Below, piece by piece: positions 19,459-29,433 of a DNA stretch of 64,000 bases; within the stretch, counting starts at the first letter, position 1, and each line of letters begins with the position of its first letter. Location of the stretch: assembly GCA_002869145.1 (NCBI GenBank), contig PKTM01000027.1, positions 134,243 through 198,242 of the forward strand, written 5' to 3'. The notes below the pieces were generated by a model. It searched no databases. It saw nothing but the letters and a program-made list of their open reading frames with translations, and had not been told where the DNA came from. The position numbers and the translations under genes were made by a program. Source of the stretch: Denitrovibrio sp. (lineage in GTDB: Bacteria; Chrysiogenota; Deferribacteres; Deferribacterales; Geovibrionaceae).

Positions 19459-20799
19459 ATGAATAACTTTCAAAATATTGAGATAGTCCGAAAATTGAAA
19501 CTGAGTTATCAAAGAAGTGCCGTTGTTTTTACTTCATTGGTGTTAATAGTTTTCTCTGTTTTTATGACATACATTTCATACAATGCAAATATCAGCACTT
19601 ATAAATCAGAATCACTCAAAGTTATCAATAATTTTATAGACCAGGAACTGCATTTCGACATTAATGAGATTTTTGACAACCCTGAAAAGCATAAAAATCT
19701 GACAGACAGAATCGATCTTTTTATGAAAATGAGCAATCTGATAGATTTTCGTATATGGAACAGTGACTTTAGAACTGTATATTCTTATTCAGATAAATTA
19801 TCTGTTGGTAAATATTTCAGAGATAATGACGATTTAAGACATGTTTATGAAACCGGGGAAGTAGAAGTCAACATAGAAGAACCAGAAGATGCTGAAACTG
19901 AAGAGTTGAAGAGCTATGGTACTCTTTTTGAAATGTATTCTCCCATACTGCTTAATGGTGACATCGTTGGCGTGTTGGAAGTATACAGACTTTGGCCACC
20001 GCTCAATTTTTTTGACAAAGATAACTTGATGATATGTGTTCTCTCTATGCTGGTTCCTTTATTGCTTTATCTACTTATAAATAAACACTTTAACAAAGCC
20101 GCAGAAACGATAATAGGCTATCACAAGCACCTACAGGCTTCTTTCGATAAAACTACGGTCTCTTATATTGATACCATTATAAGCCTTACTAAGGCTCTGG
20201 AAATGAGGGATATGGAGACTGAAGGGCATTCGGAAAGGGTTGTTAATATGGCTTTTTTTATTGGGAAAAAACTAGGTTTAAAAAATGAAGAGCAGGGGAA
20301 GCTGACCATAGGTTCTTACCTGCATGACATTGGCAAGATAGGAGTACCTGATTCTATACTTTTAAAACCCGCCAAACTTGACCCGGAGGAGAGGCTGATC
20401 ATAGAAAAGCATGTTACATTTGGTTATAATATTATCAAAGATGTAAAATTCCTCTCTCTGGCTAAAGAGGTTATTTTGTATCATCACGAGAAATGGGATG
20501 GCACGGGGTATCCTGAAGGGCTGAAGGGGGAGGATATTCCGCTGAATGCCAGAATATTTGCTATTGTTGATGTTTTTGATGCGCTGGTCAGCGAACGTCC
20601 TTATAAGTCAGCATTTTCTATAGAAAAAGCTTTGGAGATTATAAAAGAAGGAAGAGGAACACATTTTGACCCTCAGGTGGCGGATGTTATTTTGAACATG
20701 ACTGAGGAAGAAGTGAGAGACATTAACAAAAACCTCAATAAAGACCAAGTAATATCAATTGTTTATAACTCTGTGGTTGGGCTTCTGGAAACAGCTTAA
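19459..20799 (+). CDS. HD-GYP domain c-di-GMP phosphodiesterase with N-terminal membrane/sensor region
   Basis: HD...HHEKWDGTGYP motif. N-terminal TM segments flank a periplasmic-like region. Confidence 0.8.
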   Translation: MNNFQNIEIVRKLKLSYQRSAVVFTSLVLIVFSVFMTYISYNANISTYKSESLKVINNFIDQELHFDINEIFDNPEKHKNLTDRIDLFMKMSNLIDFRIWNSDFRTVYSYSDKLSVGKYFRDNDDLRHVYETGEVEVNIEEPEDAETEELKSYGTLFEMYSPILLNGDIVGVLEVYRLWPPLNFFDKDNLMICVLSMLVPLLLYLLINKHFNKAAETIIGYHKHLQASFDKTTVSYIDTIISLTKALEMRDMETEGHSERVVNMAFFIGKKLGLKNEEQGKLTIGSYLHDIGKIGVPDSILLKPAKLDPEERLIIEKHVTFGYNIIKDVKFLSLAKEVILYHHEKWDGTGYPEGLKGEDIPLNARIFAIVDVFDALVSERPYKSAFSIEKALEIIKEGRGTHFDPQVADVILNMTEEEVRDINKNLNKDQVISIVYNSVVGLLETA

Positions 20800-20893
20800 A
20801 CATTCCTATGCTCTTTTTGTGCGGTTTAGTTTAATAGTAAATATTTTGTTTTCACCTGTTTTAAATAGCTCTGGTATAGGTGTGTTCTGAATG

Positions 20894-21310
20894 TTAATCG
20901 GCAGCGTTAATGTTTGCAATCATCCATTTGTAGATAGGAGATATTTGGCTGTACCCATGTTCTGACATAAGCTCTCTAAGTGCTTCCTGCCATAGGCTAA
21001 GCTGAATAGTCCAGTATTCTTGTTTAAACCCTCTGTATGTGTATACCTTAAAGACCCAAGCGACAGTTGCAGGGAGAACTTTTGTGTCAAATTCTTTGAT
21101 AAAAGCGTTAATAAATAGAGCGTGGTTTTTATGATTCTCAAGCATGGTGGCTTTATTGCCGGCGCCGATAATTTCTTTCAGGTTAGGAAGTGCCAGCATT
21201 TTAGTATTCACAAAATCAAGCGCAGCATTCATTACATCTTCATATTCTTTACTAGCTTTTTCATCAGGTTTTGAAAAATTTATTGGTGTGAATGTTATTT
21301 CTTCAGTCAT
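20894..21310 (-). CDS. hypothetical protein (possible partner of the adjacent B12-binding protein)
   Basis: 138-aa ORF, co-directional with the B12-binding gene and 24 bp downstream of it. No family recognised. Confidence 0.4.
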   Translation of the reverse strand: MTEEITFTPINFSKPDEKASKEYEDVMNAALDFVNTKMLALPNLKEIIGAGNKATMLENHKNHALFINAFIKEFDTKVLPATVAWVFKVYTYRGFKQEYWTIQLSLWQEALRELMSEHGYSQISPIYKWMIANINAAD

Positions 21311-21334
21311 TTAAACTCTCTCCAAAAGAATCGT

Positions 21335-22003
21335 TTAAGAGACACTGGCATACTCAGATAGCTGCTGCTTAAGTTCCATCAGTGAATAAACTACACTAAC
21401 ATTACTAAAGTCGTTGACAACTCCATACCCTCCCCAATGGAAAGCTTGTCCTCCAACGATAACAGGGGTTTCAGGATAGTTGCTGTTAATCTCTTCTAAG
21501 CATGTTCTTAAGTGTATGATATTGTAGTACATAGTAACAGATAAACATATTATGTCTGGGTTATTAATTTCGATAAAGTTCATTAGGTCATTAACAGGAA
21601 CGTTTGAGCCGAGGAAACTAGTATGCCATCCTAATATATCCATATAATCTGCTACCAACCTTGAACCTAGCTGATGTCTTTCTGAAGTGATGCCGCAAAT
21701 CACAGCTTTTTTTCCGTTTTTAGTTTTTTTTACAAAATGCGGATACAGGTAGCTGAGCAGGCTTTCAGTGATAGCGGTAGCCATATGTTCTACAGCGACA
21801 GAGATTTTGTTTTTCTGCCAAAGTTCGCCTATTTCATAAAGAGACATTTGGATAAAGTGCGTATAGATATCTATAATGTCATCGCCTGATTCTATGCGCT
21901 TAATGAGAATTTCGTAGCATTTTCCTCTGTTACCAGCCATTAAAAACGCTAAATAAGACTTGTAGTCATTCATCATATCGTTCTGCATAATAAATATTAT
22001 CAA
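21335..22003 (-). CDS. standalone cobalamin (AdoCbl)-binding domain protein, CarH/LitR/AerR-type, no DNA-binding domain
   Basis: IGELWQKNKISVAVEH is the W-x9-E-H motif. ITSERHQLGSRLV is the E/D-x-H-x-x-G lower-ligand motif. A Rossmann-like B12-binding segment follows. The start could be the internal Met at 21988. Confidence 0.6.
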   Translation of the reverse strand: MIIFIMQNDMMNDYKSYLAFLMAGNRGKCYEILIKRIESGDDIIDIYTHFIQMSLYEIGELWQKNKISVAVEHMATAITESLLSYLYPHFVKKTKNGKKAVICGITSERHQLGSRLVADYMDILGWHTSFLGSNVPVNDLMNFIEINNPDIICLSVTMYYNIIHLRTCLEEINSNYPETPVIVGGQAFHWGGYGVVNDFSNVSVVYSLMELKQQLSEYASVS

Positions 22004-22199
22004 ATGTGTACTTGTCAGTCAAGCTGCCAGTGTGGTTCAGTCGTTATATATAAACACGAAAAGAAATTTATGGAAATAAAGTGGAAAGCAACTTTTAGTT
22101 ACCTTAGTGGGTCTTGTGTAACCCAATGAAACATTCTCAAAACCTATAATATGTTATTCTTTTATTTAAGAGTGAAATATAATTAAGTATTATGTCCCC

Positions 22200-22559
22200 T
22201 TAATTTTGTGTAAGAGCATACTGATATATTGACTCATGGCTAATACGAATATCCTTATTCAGATTAAGCCACCCACTAATCTGCTCTGGACTCCAGTCTT
22301 CTTTCAGGTATTTTTCTACAAGTATCCATGTGGACGTTGGGATCCTTGGAGACACTTTGCCTTTTCTACGGCAAAGAGCTTTCCGGTGAGCCTGACGGGG
22401 CTGATATCCATTGCCACCTGTGTTCCTTTTAAGTTCCCTGCTTACAGTTGATTTATGAACTCGTAAGAGGTTTGCTATCTCAATCTGCGAATGTCCCATT
22501 TGTTTCAAAGCAGAAATCTGGTATCTTTGACTCTGAGTCAAGTGCGCATAGATTCTCAT
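22200..22559 (-). mobile_element. IS30-family transposase, N-terminal 119-aa remnant (DDE catalytic domain missing)
   Basis: HTH region ...SQIEIANLLRVHKSTVSRELKRN... and WSPEQISGWL are IS30-like. The ORF stops after about 120 aa and no catalytic domain follows. Confidence 0.75.
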
Positions 22560-22727
22560 TGGTGCTCCTTTTATGTGGTAATGGAAGCCGTGCCAATGCT
22601 AGCGCACTGGCTCGTCTATTACCAACTATAAAAGTTGCACTTAATTATTGAATTCGGGTATTAATTATAGAAATTGACTGACATATTGTGTAGACTATTT
22701 TCTGGTAGGCATCTAAAGAGGTGATTA

Positions 22728-23594
22728 GTGGGAGAAGAGTTTAAAAAATGGTGGTATTGGATACTGCTTGTTGCATCTGCATCAATAGTTCTGAGTAATA
22801 TAGAAAAACTAGATGGCTTTGAAAAACTTAATTCTATCGAGTTAATTTTTATAGTGTCTATTCTTTTGTTTCTATTACCGCTATTTTCAGAGTTTGAAAT
22901 TTTGGGAATAAAACTAAAAAAAGAACTTGAGAAAACAAAATCTGAGCTTTCAGGACAAATAGATCGAGCTTTTTTAACTTTAGAAAGTAAAATTTCTAAC
23001 ACTAACAATAATTATAATATAAATGGTTTTAACCTTCCAATAGAGGTTTTAATTGAATTATTTCAAAATCACTTTAAAAATGCTTCTGGCGTTGGCTCTT
23101 CTGAAGTAGTAACAACTTCTGCTAAAGAAGAAGAGGATAGTATCCATAATTCTATAACTCAAAGCACTGATAGCAGTATTGATGATATAAAAGGTATAAG
23201 TGAAAGGGCTGTTTATTTCTTTAAAGTACGGTATTCAATAGAAAATCTATTAACAAAAATATCAAGTGGTTTTTTGGTTAATAGAGTTTGGAATGTTTCA
23301 AAAATATTAGAAACTCTTGTGACTTTTAAGATAATTAGTGTGGAACAAGCGAGATTGATAAGAGAGATATTTTCTATTGTAAACAGAGGTATTCATGGCG
23401 AAACAGTTAGTGATGAATATTATAATTTTATTAGAGACAATTATCCTGACATTGAAAAATACCTTGCGGGTTTATCTGAGTCGGTACCTAGTAAGTTTAA
23501 AGACATTAATGCATGTTCAAGATGTAATAGTGTTGGACCTACAGTAAGGGAAGGCTACTGTATGAAATGTGGTTTTAATAATGATGACTGGTAG
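22728..23594 (+). CDS. hypothetical membrane-anchored protein with C-terminal zinc ribbon
   Basis: Two N-terminal TM helices, a coiled-coil, then CSRCNSVGPTVREGYCMKCG (C4 zinc ribbon). No family recognised. Confidence 0.5.
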   Translation: MGEEFKKWWYWILLVASASIVLSNIEKLDGFEKLNSIELIFIVSILLFLLPLFSEFEILGIKLKKELEKTKSELSGQIDRAFLTLESKISNTNNNYNINGFNLPIEVLIELFQNHFKNASGVGSSEVVTTSAKEEEDSIHNSITQSTDSSIDDIKGISERAVYFFKVRYSIENLLTKISSGFLVNRVWNVSKILETLVTFKIISVEQARLIREIFSIVNRGIHGETVSDEYYNFIRDNYPDIEKYLAGLSESVPSKFKDINACSRCNSVGPTVREGYCMKCGFNNDDW

Positions 23595-23595
23595 A

Positions 23596-24402
23596 CTATT
23601 CAGCAGGGTCGAAAGTGTCTTCAGGGTAATAATCTAGAATTTTATATAAGATAGGCTCTTGATCACTGAATTGTATTTCTAAATCCACTATATACGCAAG
23701 CTCATGCCAAGGTTTTTCAAATCTATCATCTCTGGAAGTTAACGATTTTTTTATTGTTTCATTTGCAAATATTATTTTTTTGGGCTTTTTGCTAATTGAT
23801 TCGACAATTGCTTTGTCTCCTGTGGTAGCTTTTAAATCGAATTTTGTTTGGTACCACTTTAACATTTGTTTATACATATAACCGTTTTCAGTATTGTCTT
23901 CTTGAATAGAAGGTGTTTTTGAGATAATTGAACTTGCGTCATCATGATTTATGTTGAAATTGTATGTAACATTAGCACCATTGTAAGCATTAAAGAATAG
24001 TTGCAGTGATTTATCTTGGGCTATTGGAGACACAATGTTCTTTATGTATTTTTCTTCTCTTTTATCAAAAAATTCAGGTATTTTTGAGCATGTTTTAATA
24101 AAATCAATTGTGGTTTTTAAAGTAGTTGCCCAATTAACTAAAATACCATGTTCATATACAATATGTAATAAGGGAAGAGCATATGCAACTAAATCGAGTT
24201 CCACAGAGCCAGCTCTAACTTCTTTAATGAATAGTTGACTGTTTATATTAACTTGCTTCAATTCTTTTGAAACATGGTATTGGAAGCTATTGGAAATGTC
24301 TCTAATTGAATTTGCAAATGAAATGATCTCAATTGGTTTCGAAGTTTTATATACGATTTCAATTTTATTATTGTAGTCAATTTCATATTCAATTTTATTC
24401 AT
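23596..24402 (-). CDS. hypothetical protein (268 aa)
   Basis: Convergent with the previous gene, stop codons 1 bp apart. Cytoplasmic, no recognisable motif. Confidence 0.45.
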   Translation of the reverse strand: MNKIEYEIDYNNKIEIVYKTSKPIEIISFANSIRDISNSFQYHVSKELKQVNINSQLFIKEVRAGSVELDLVAYALPLLHIVYEHGILVNWATTLKTTIDFIKTCSKIPEFFDKREEKYIKNIVSPIAQDKSLQLFFNAYNGANVTYNFNINHDDASSIISKTPSIQEDNTENGYMYKQMLKWYQTKFDLKATTGDKAIVESISKKPKKIIFANETIKKSLTSRDDRFEKPWHELAYIVDLEIQFSDQEPILYKILDYYPEDTFDPAE

Positions 24403-24565
24403 TTTGAATCCTTGTGAAGATTTTATTATTTATGTGAATGATAACTTGAGTTTAGATTCATATCAACAAAATCTACAAAGTAGAATTACAACAAAACTAC
24501 AACAATTAATATGCTTGAATTCGTATGGTCTTTCGAGTGCGGTTCTAAGTTGCTGATAATAAAAG

Positions 24566-24650
24566 TGCCGAAGGCGGGAATCGAACCCGCACGCCGTTAT
24601 CCAGCAACGGATTTTGAGTCCGTCGTGTCTACCAATTCCACCACTTCGGC
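24566..24650 (-). tRNA. tRNA-Leu (anticodon CAA)
   Basis: Minus-strand sequence GCCGAAGTGGTGGAATTGGTAGACACGACGGACTCAAAATCCGTTGCTGGATAACGGCGTGCGGGTTCGATTCCCGCCTTCGGCA. Anticodon loop CTCAAAA, long variable arm (class II), T-loop GGTTCGATTCC. Confidence 0.85.
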
Positions 24651-24813
24651 CAAGTGATTCAAAAGAAATGTAATATTAAGCAAACATCAGTGTGTTGTCA
24701 ATATAAACAAAAGATGATAATTATATATAATATTCACCTGTTAAAAGTTGTCTTATTGTCTTTTTAGTTGTTCTTTGATACTATGATATTCAGCAAAAAA
24801 CATATGGATATAA

Positions 24814-26964
24814 ATGAGAAATTTATTTGTAGTATTATTATTCATTTTAGTGCTCATTCCTTCCGCTTTTGCCGCTCATATGCAGGTGAAAGTGGGCGTA
24901 TACCAGAATTATCCACTAATGTTTCAGGCAAAAAACGGCGAACCCGACGGATTCGGATATGATATACTCACCCAGTTAGCCGAAAGGGAAGGGTGGGATC
25001 TTGAGTTTGTGTATGGTTCTTGGTCAGAAATATTCAACATGGTTCAGGAAGGCCGGGTTGACATAGTCTTTCCTGTGGCTTTCACTTTAGAGCGTACAAA
25101 TATTATCCAATATAATTCCGAAAATGTCGTCAGCAACTGGGGGCAGATATACCTTAGCAAAGGTGCCACAGCTAATTCAATCCTCGATTTAGATGGCATG
25201 ACTGTTGCAGTCTTAAAAGACGATGTTTACAATACAAGCAAATATGGCATGCAGTATCTTGCATCAGCTTTTAATATCTCGGTTGATTTTTATGTTTTAG
25301 ACTCTTACGCACAGGTTTTGGATTCTCTTCAAAATGGAAGTGCCGACGCGGGGCTGGTAAACAGGTTTTACGGCGAAGCAAACGCTTCCAAATACAATAT
25401 CGAAAAAAGTACAATACTCATACACCCTGTAGAGGTACGTTTTGCGATGCCGCTTACTGATGATGAAAAGAACATAAAGCTAATAGAAGCAATTGACCCA
25501 TACATCAAAGCCATGCGACATCAGGAAGACTCTGAATATTTGAAATCTTACAATAAATGGTTTGGGTCTGGCACAACTCAGAATTTACACAAGACTATAA
25601 AATATACCGCAGCGATACTTATTATCCCTTCACTTCTGGCAATTATTATCTTCTTTTTTATGCGTTCAGAGATCAGAAGAAAAACTAAAGAGCTTCGTGG
25701 CAAAAACACAGAACTTCAGAAAGAGATAGAAGAAAGACGAAAAATTCAGGAAGAACTTCGTGAAAATCAGGAAAAATACAGCAACCTTTTCAATACCTCC
25801 TATAACCCAATAGCAATTATCTCCGAAGATGGAAGCATAGTCGATGTGAACGGTGAGATGATAGGGCAGTTTGGATATGAGCGTGATGAGCTTCTTAATA
25901 TGTTTCTTGAAATGCTGGTGGCGGAAGACAGCATTTACCATGTTCAGGATATTTTGAATAAGATGAGTAAGACCAAAAAATGGTCATTTGAGCTGGATTT
26001 CTTAAAGTCATGGGGGGACACTTTCAACGCAGAGATATCCGCCAGCCGACTTGAAATATCCGGTAAAACCTTTATTCAGCTTGTTATTATGGATGTAACA
26101 TCCCGAAAGAAAGCGAGTGAACTGCTGAACCGCAGACAAGAATATCTGGAGAAGAAGGTTGAACAGGAAGTGCACCGCAGAAGACAAAACGAAAGACTCA
26201 TGATGCAGCAGTCAAAAATGGCCGCCATGGGTCAGATGATGAGTGCAATAGCCCACCAGTGGCGACAGCCTTTGAACACCATCGCAATCTACATTCAGGA
26301 CTTTGAAGATTCATTCAAGCACAACGAACTGGATGAGAAATACCTGCAAGAACTCGTGGGACTCTCTATGCATCAGATAAATTTTATGTCAAAAACCATA
26401 GATGACTTTAAAAACTTCTTTAAACCAGATAAAGACGAGATAGTTTTCGAGGTCTGCCGTGAGACACTCAACGCAATTTCACTTTTGGGAGTACAGCTTG
26501 TTAGAAACAATATAAAGCTAGAGATGAACTGTCATGGAGAAGTTATACCTTTTGGCGACAGTGATGTTTTGAAATGCAGCAATGAAGGATGTACTTTTAT
26601 TAAAGGCTTCCCTAACGAATACAAACAGGTGCTGCTGAACCTTGTGCAAAACGCTAGAGACGCTATAGAAGATGACATAGACGCAATAGGTGATACTGGT
26701 AAGATTGTGGTTGGTGTGGAAGAGGATGCAAACACCGTTCGTATATATGTTAAAGACAATGGCCCCGGCATACCAGATGATGTTGCCGAGCGTATTTTTG
26801 AGCCTTATTTCACAACAAAAGCAGAAGGACGAGGTACAGGTGTGGGGCTTTACATGTCAAAGATTATCATAGAACAAAACATGAAAGGCAGACTATACTT
26901 TGAAAAGCTTAACCCTGGAACAAAATTTATAATAGAGATGAACAAGTATTCAGAGCCTACCTAA
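24814..26964 (+). CDS. sensor histidine kinase with N-terminal periplasmic solute-binding (PBPb-like) domain, TM, PAS, HisKA, HATPase
   Basis: Signal peptide, a PBP type-2 domain and a TM helix, then a PAS region, an H-box (SAIAHQWRQPLN), and N/G1/G2 boxes (DNGPGIP, GTGVGL). Confidence 0.75.
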   Translation: MRNLFVVLLFILVLIPSAFAAHMQVKVGVYQNYPLMFQAKNGEPDGFGYDILTQLAEREGWDLEFVYGSWSEIFNMVQEGRVDIVFPVAFTLERTNIIQYNSENVVSNWGQIYLSKGATANSILDLDGMTVAVLKDDVYNTSKYGMQYLASAFNISVDFYVLDSYAQVLDSLQNGSADAGLVNRFYGEANASKYNIEKSTILIHPVEVRFAMPLTDDEKNIKLIEAIDPYIKAMRHQEDSEYLKSYNKWFGSGTTQNLHKTIKYTAAILIIPSLLAIIIFFFMRSEIRRKTKELRGKNTELQKEIEERRKIQEELRENQEKYSNLFNTSYNPIAIISEDGSIVDVNGEMIGQFGYERDELLNMFLEMLVAEDSIYHVQDILNKMSKTKKWSFELDFLKSWGDTFNAEISASRLEISGKTFIQLVIMDVTSRKKASELLNRRQEYLEKKVEQEVHRRRQNERLMMQQSKMAAMGQMMSAIAHQWRQPLNTIAIYIQDFEDSFKHNELDEKYLQELVGLSMHQINFMSKTIDDFKNFFKPDKDEIVFEVCRETLNAISLLGVQLVRNNIKLEMNCHGEVIPFGDSDVLKCSNEGCTFIKGFPNEYKQVLLNLVQNARDAIEDDIDAIGDTGKIVVGVEEDANTVRIYVKDNGPGIPDDVAERIFEPYFTTKAEGRGTGVGLYMSKIIIEQNMKGRLYFEKLNPGTKFIIEMNKYSEPT

Positions 26965-28457
26965 AAAAAATATATAATACCGCTTTGCACTGCGCCGAAC
27001 AGAAAACCAATAACAAAACCCAGAATATTTATCCACCTGAAGCTGTCTTTCATAAATGCAAAGAGCAGATTTTCTACCTCATAGAGATTTAGCGAGTTAA
27101 TCCTGTCTTCTGTTATTTTAGGAAAGTTAATAGCACTAAGCATCTTTGGTGTGTTTTTTTCTACAATCTTATTGATCTCTTTCAGAAGTGCAATTTTAAT
27201 GCTGTAGAAGAGCTTTTTCGGTATAACAGAGTAAATATTGCGAATGTGAAGCCCGTTTGCAAGCTTGCCAAGATATGCTGATATCTCGTGAATATCAGTG
27301 CGGAAGCCTGAATTTATCTTTTGGGAAAGCATGTTTTTCAGCTCAAAATCATCAAGCACTTCGCCTAGTGTCTTTGATGAGTTTTTTTGTATCATCTCGT
27401 TTATCATTGCAGATATCTTTTCAGAAAACTGATCAGAATCCAGAGTTTTCTGTGTGGCAGATATTATTGATCCCCGCATCTGAAAGAGTGATTCAAACCC
27501 TATAGCATCAGCATGCTGAAACAGAGGTTTGCTGATAAGCCCGTCAATGTACTGACTGATGGTTAGAGAAATCTTCTCCTTAACATCATCACTCTCTTTT
27601 ATAGAGCTGATAAGGTTCGGCAGATATTTATCCACAAGTTCGACAATAGTGTCCTCGTTCATTAACATGTTAAGAACACCAAGCTTCATCTGGTCGGTTA
27701 CCTTGTCAGAGAAATGGTTGTCTTTGATGGTTATGAGTTTTTTGCTCACTTTTTGTCTGGTTTCTGGGTCAGACATAGCCTTGTCCAGCGATGTGAGTAT
27801 CTTTTCAGTAATAAAGGCTGATAGCTGTCCGGTTTTTGATTTGAGATTTTCGGGGAGGATGTCTCCCAGCGATTTACCTGACATTACAAAATTATTTATC
27901 GCAGAAGAGATACTGTTTGTTGCCTCAGCCTGAATACGCCCTGTTTTAAGCACAGCATCAACAGCACCTTTCAAGCTGTCAGAATACTGTTCCAACTCGC
28001 CTATCTTTATTTTAAAAATCTTATCCGTAATGCTCTCTTTTGCGTTTTCCAGTGCACTGTCTATAAGCCCGTCGCTGTTTAGTGCTTCCAGAAAAGCAGA
28101 GATAACCACTGAATTTTTCATCCCGGTTTTTTCTATTATATCAGAAAGAGTTCCGAAGTCTTTTTCTAAGAATATCCTAAGCTCAGTCTCCACAGCTTTT
28201 TCAAGCTTTTCCTGTACGTCTTCGGTAAAAAATGCCGCCTGAACTTCATCCTGCCTCAGCAGTTTGTCGCCAACCAAAACACCTATTTCGTTAGCTAATT
28301 TTCCTCTGTTTTTAGGGATAACGCCCTGCCATCCGAAAGACATTAAGCTTTTTTTATGGGGGCGGAAAAGCATTTTTATTGCGAGCCAGTTTGTGCAGTA
28401 ACCCACTAGCCCCGTTACAAAAGGTGTAGCTATAAGGCTATACATTTGCGATTGCAA
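26961..28457 (-). CDS. DUF445-family membrane-associated protein
   Basis: N-terminal GYCTNWLAIKMLFRP is characteristic of DUF445. Confidence 0.55.
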   Translation of the reverse strand: MQSQMYSLIATPFVTGLVGYCTNWLAIKMLFRPHKKSLMSFGWQGVIPKNRGKLANEIGVLVGDKLLRQDEVQAAFFTEDVQEKLEKAVETELRIFLEKDFGTLSDIIEKTGMKNSVVISAFLEALNSDGLIDSALENAKESITDKIFKIKIGELEQYSDSLKGAVDAVLKTGRIQAEATNSISSAINNFVMSGKSLGDILPENLKSKTGQLSAFITEKILTSLDKAMSDPETRQKVSKKLITIKDNHFSDKVTDQMKLGVLNMLMNEDTIVELVDKYLPNLISSIKESDDVKEKISLTISQYIDGLISKPLFQHADAIGFESLFQMRGSIISATQKTLDSDQFSEKISAMINEMIQKNSSKTLGEVLDDFELKNMLSQKINSGFRTDIHEISAYLGKLANGLHIRNIYSVIPKKLFYSIKIALLKEINKIVEKNTPKMLSAINFPKITEDRINSLNLYEVENLLFAFMKDSFRWINILGFVIGFLFGAVQSGIIYFF

Positions 28458-29352
28458 TTGCGAGACCCTCCCTTAAACCATAATCAGAAACTGTCATGTC
28501 ATAAACTCCGAGCATATTCATCAACTCACCTGTGATGAGAATACCTGGCATAATGACTTCTTCTCGTCCGTCTTCCATTCCGGGGATATTTATTCGTTCA
28601 GAAGCCGGCAGTTCTGCCAACTTATCGAAATGTTTTTTTATGTTTTCTATAGGCAGAACATATCCGTTCACCTTTTCCTGATCGTACTCTGTCATCTCCA
28701 TGTCCATGGCTGCAAGTGTTGTAGGTGTGCCTGCTGAGCCTATGAGCATTTCAGGTTCACAGTCAAGGGTCTTTATTACCTGATCCATCACACTGAAAAG
28801 CGGGATACGCATTCTGTCCATGTGCTCCAAGTCCAGCTTATCCTTAAAACTGTACATCTCTGCCATCTTCACAACACCCATGGGAACACTGATTCCCTTG
28901 CGGCCTTTATCCGGATCGGAGTATATGAACTCTGTAGATCCCCCGCCAATGTCAAACACAAGTACTTTTTTATCTTTCGTTTCTATGCCGGAAGTTACTC
29001 CGTCAAAGATAAGCCCTGCTTCTGTATCGCCATCTATTATCTCAATAATGATTCCCAGCTCTTTTGCCTTATCCACAAGATCCTGCCCGTTAAGAGCTTC
29101 CCTTACAGCACTAGTAGCAACAGCGTGAACCCGCTGTACCATCTGTTCGTTTATGATAACAACAAAGTCCTGAAGAGCTTTCATGGTTCTTTCTATGGAC
29201 GCTTCACTGAGAACTTGTTTGCTGTTTAACACTTCTGCAAGCTTTGTTATGTGTCTTTTACGTTGGTAAATCTTTGTGATCTGCCTGTCTTCAACTTCTG
29301 CTATGAGGAGCCTGACAGCGTTGGAACCTATGTCTATAGCCGCTACTTTCAT
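28438..29352 (-). CDS. Ppx/GppA family phosphatase (exopolyphosphatase / pppGpp phosphohydrolase)
   Basis: Actin-fold N-terminus VAAIDIGSNAVRLLIAEV and DIGGGSTE motifs. Confidence 0.8.
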   Translation of the reverse strand: MKVAAIDIGSNAVRLLIAEVEDRQITKIYQRKRHITKLAEVLNSKQVLSEASIERTMKALQDFVVIINEQMVQRVHAVATSAVREALNGQDLVDKAKELGIIIEIIDGDTEAGLIFDGVTSGIETKDKKVLVFDIGGGSTEFIYSDPDKGRKGISVPMGVVKMAEMYSFKDKLDLEHMDRMRIPLFSVMDQVIKTLDCEPEMLIGSAGTPTTLAAMDMEMTEYDQEKVNGYVLPIENIKKHFDKLAELPASERINIPGMEDGREEVIMPGILITGELMNMLGVYDMTVSDYGLREGLAIAIANV

Positions 29353-29433
29353 TAAATAATCCTTGTCATTGGTCTTAACCGACAGAGTACATCAGAGCCG
29401 GATGTTCTTCAAGTCCCGATGTTAAACTGCTTA

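Noticed and set aside
22560-22727. IS30 terminal inverted repeat upstream of the transposase fragment
   Set aside because: I could not find a convincing ~26-bp inverted-repeat partner by eye. The second IR would lie in the deleted half of the element anyway.
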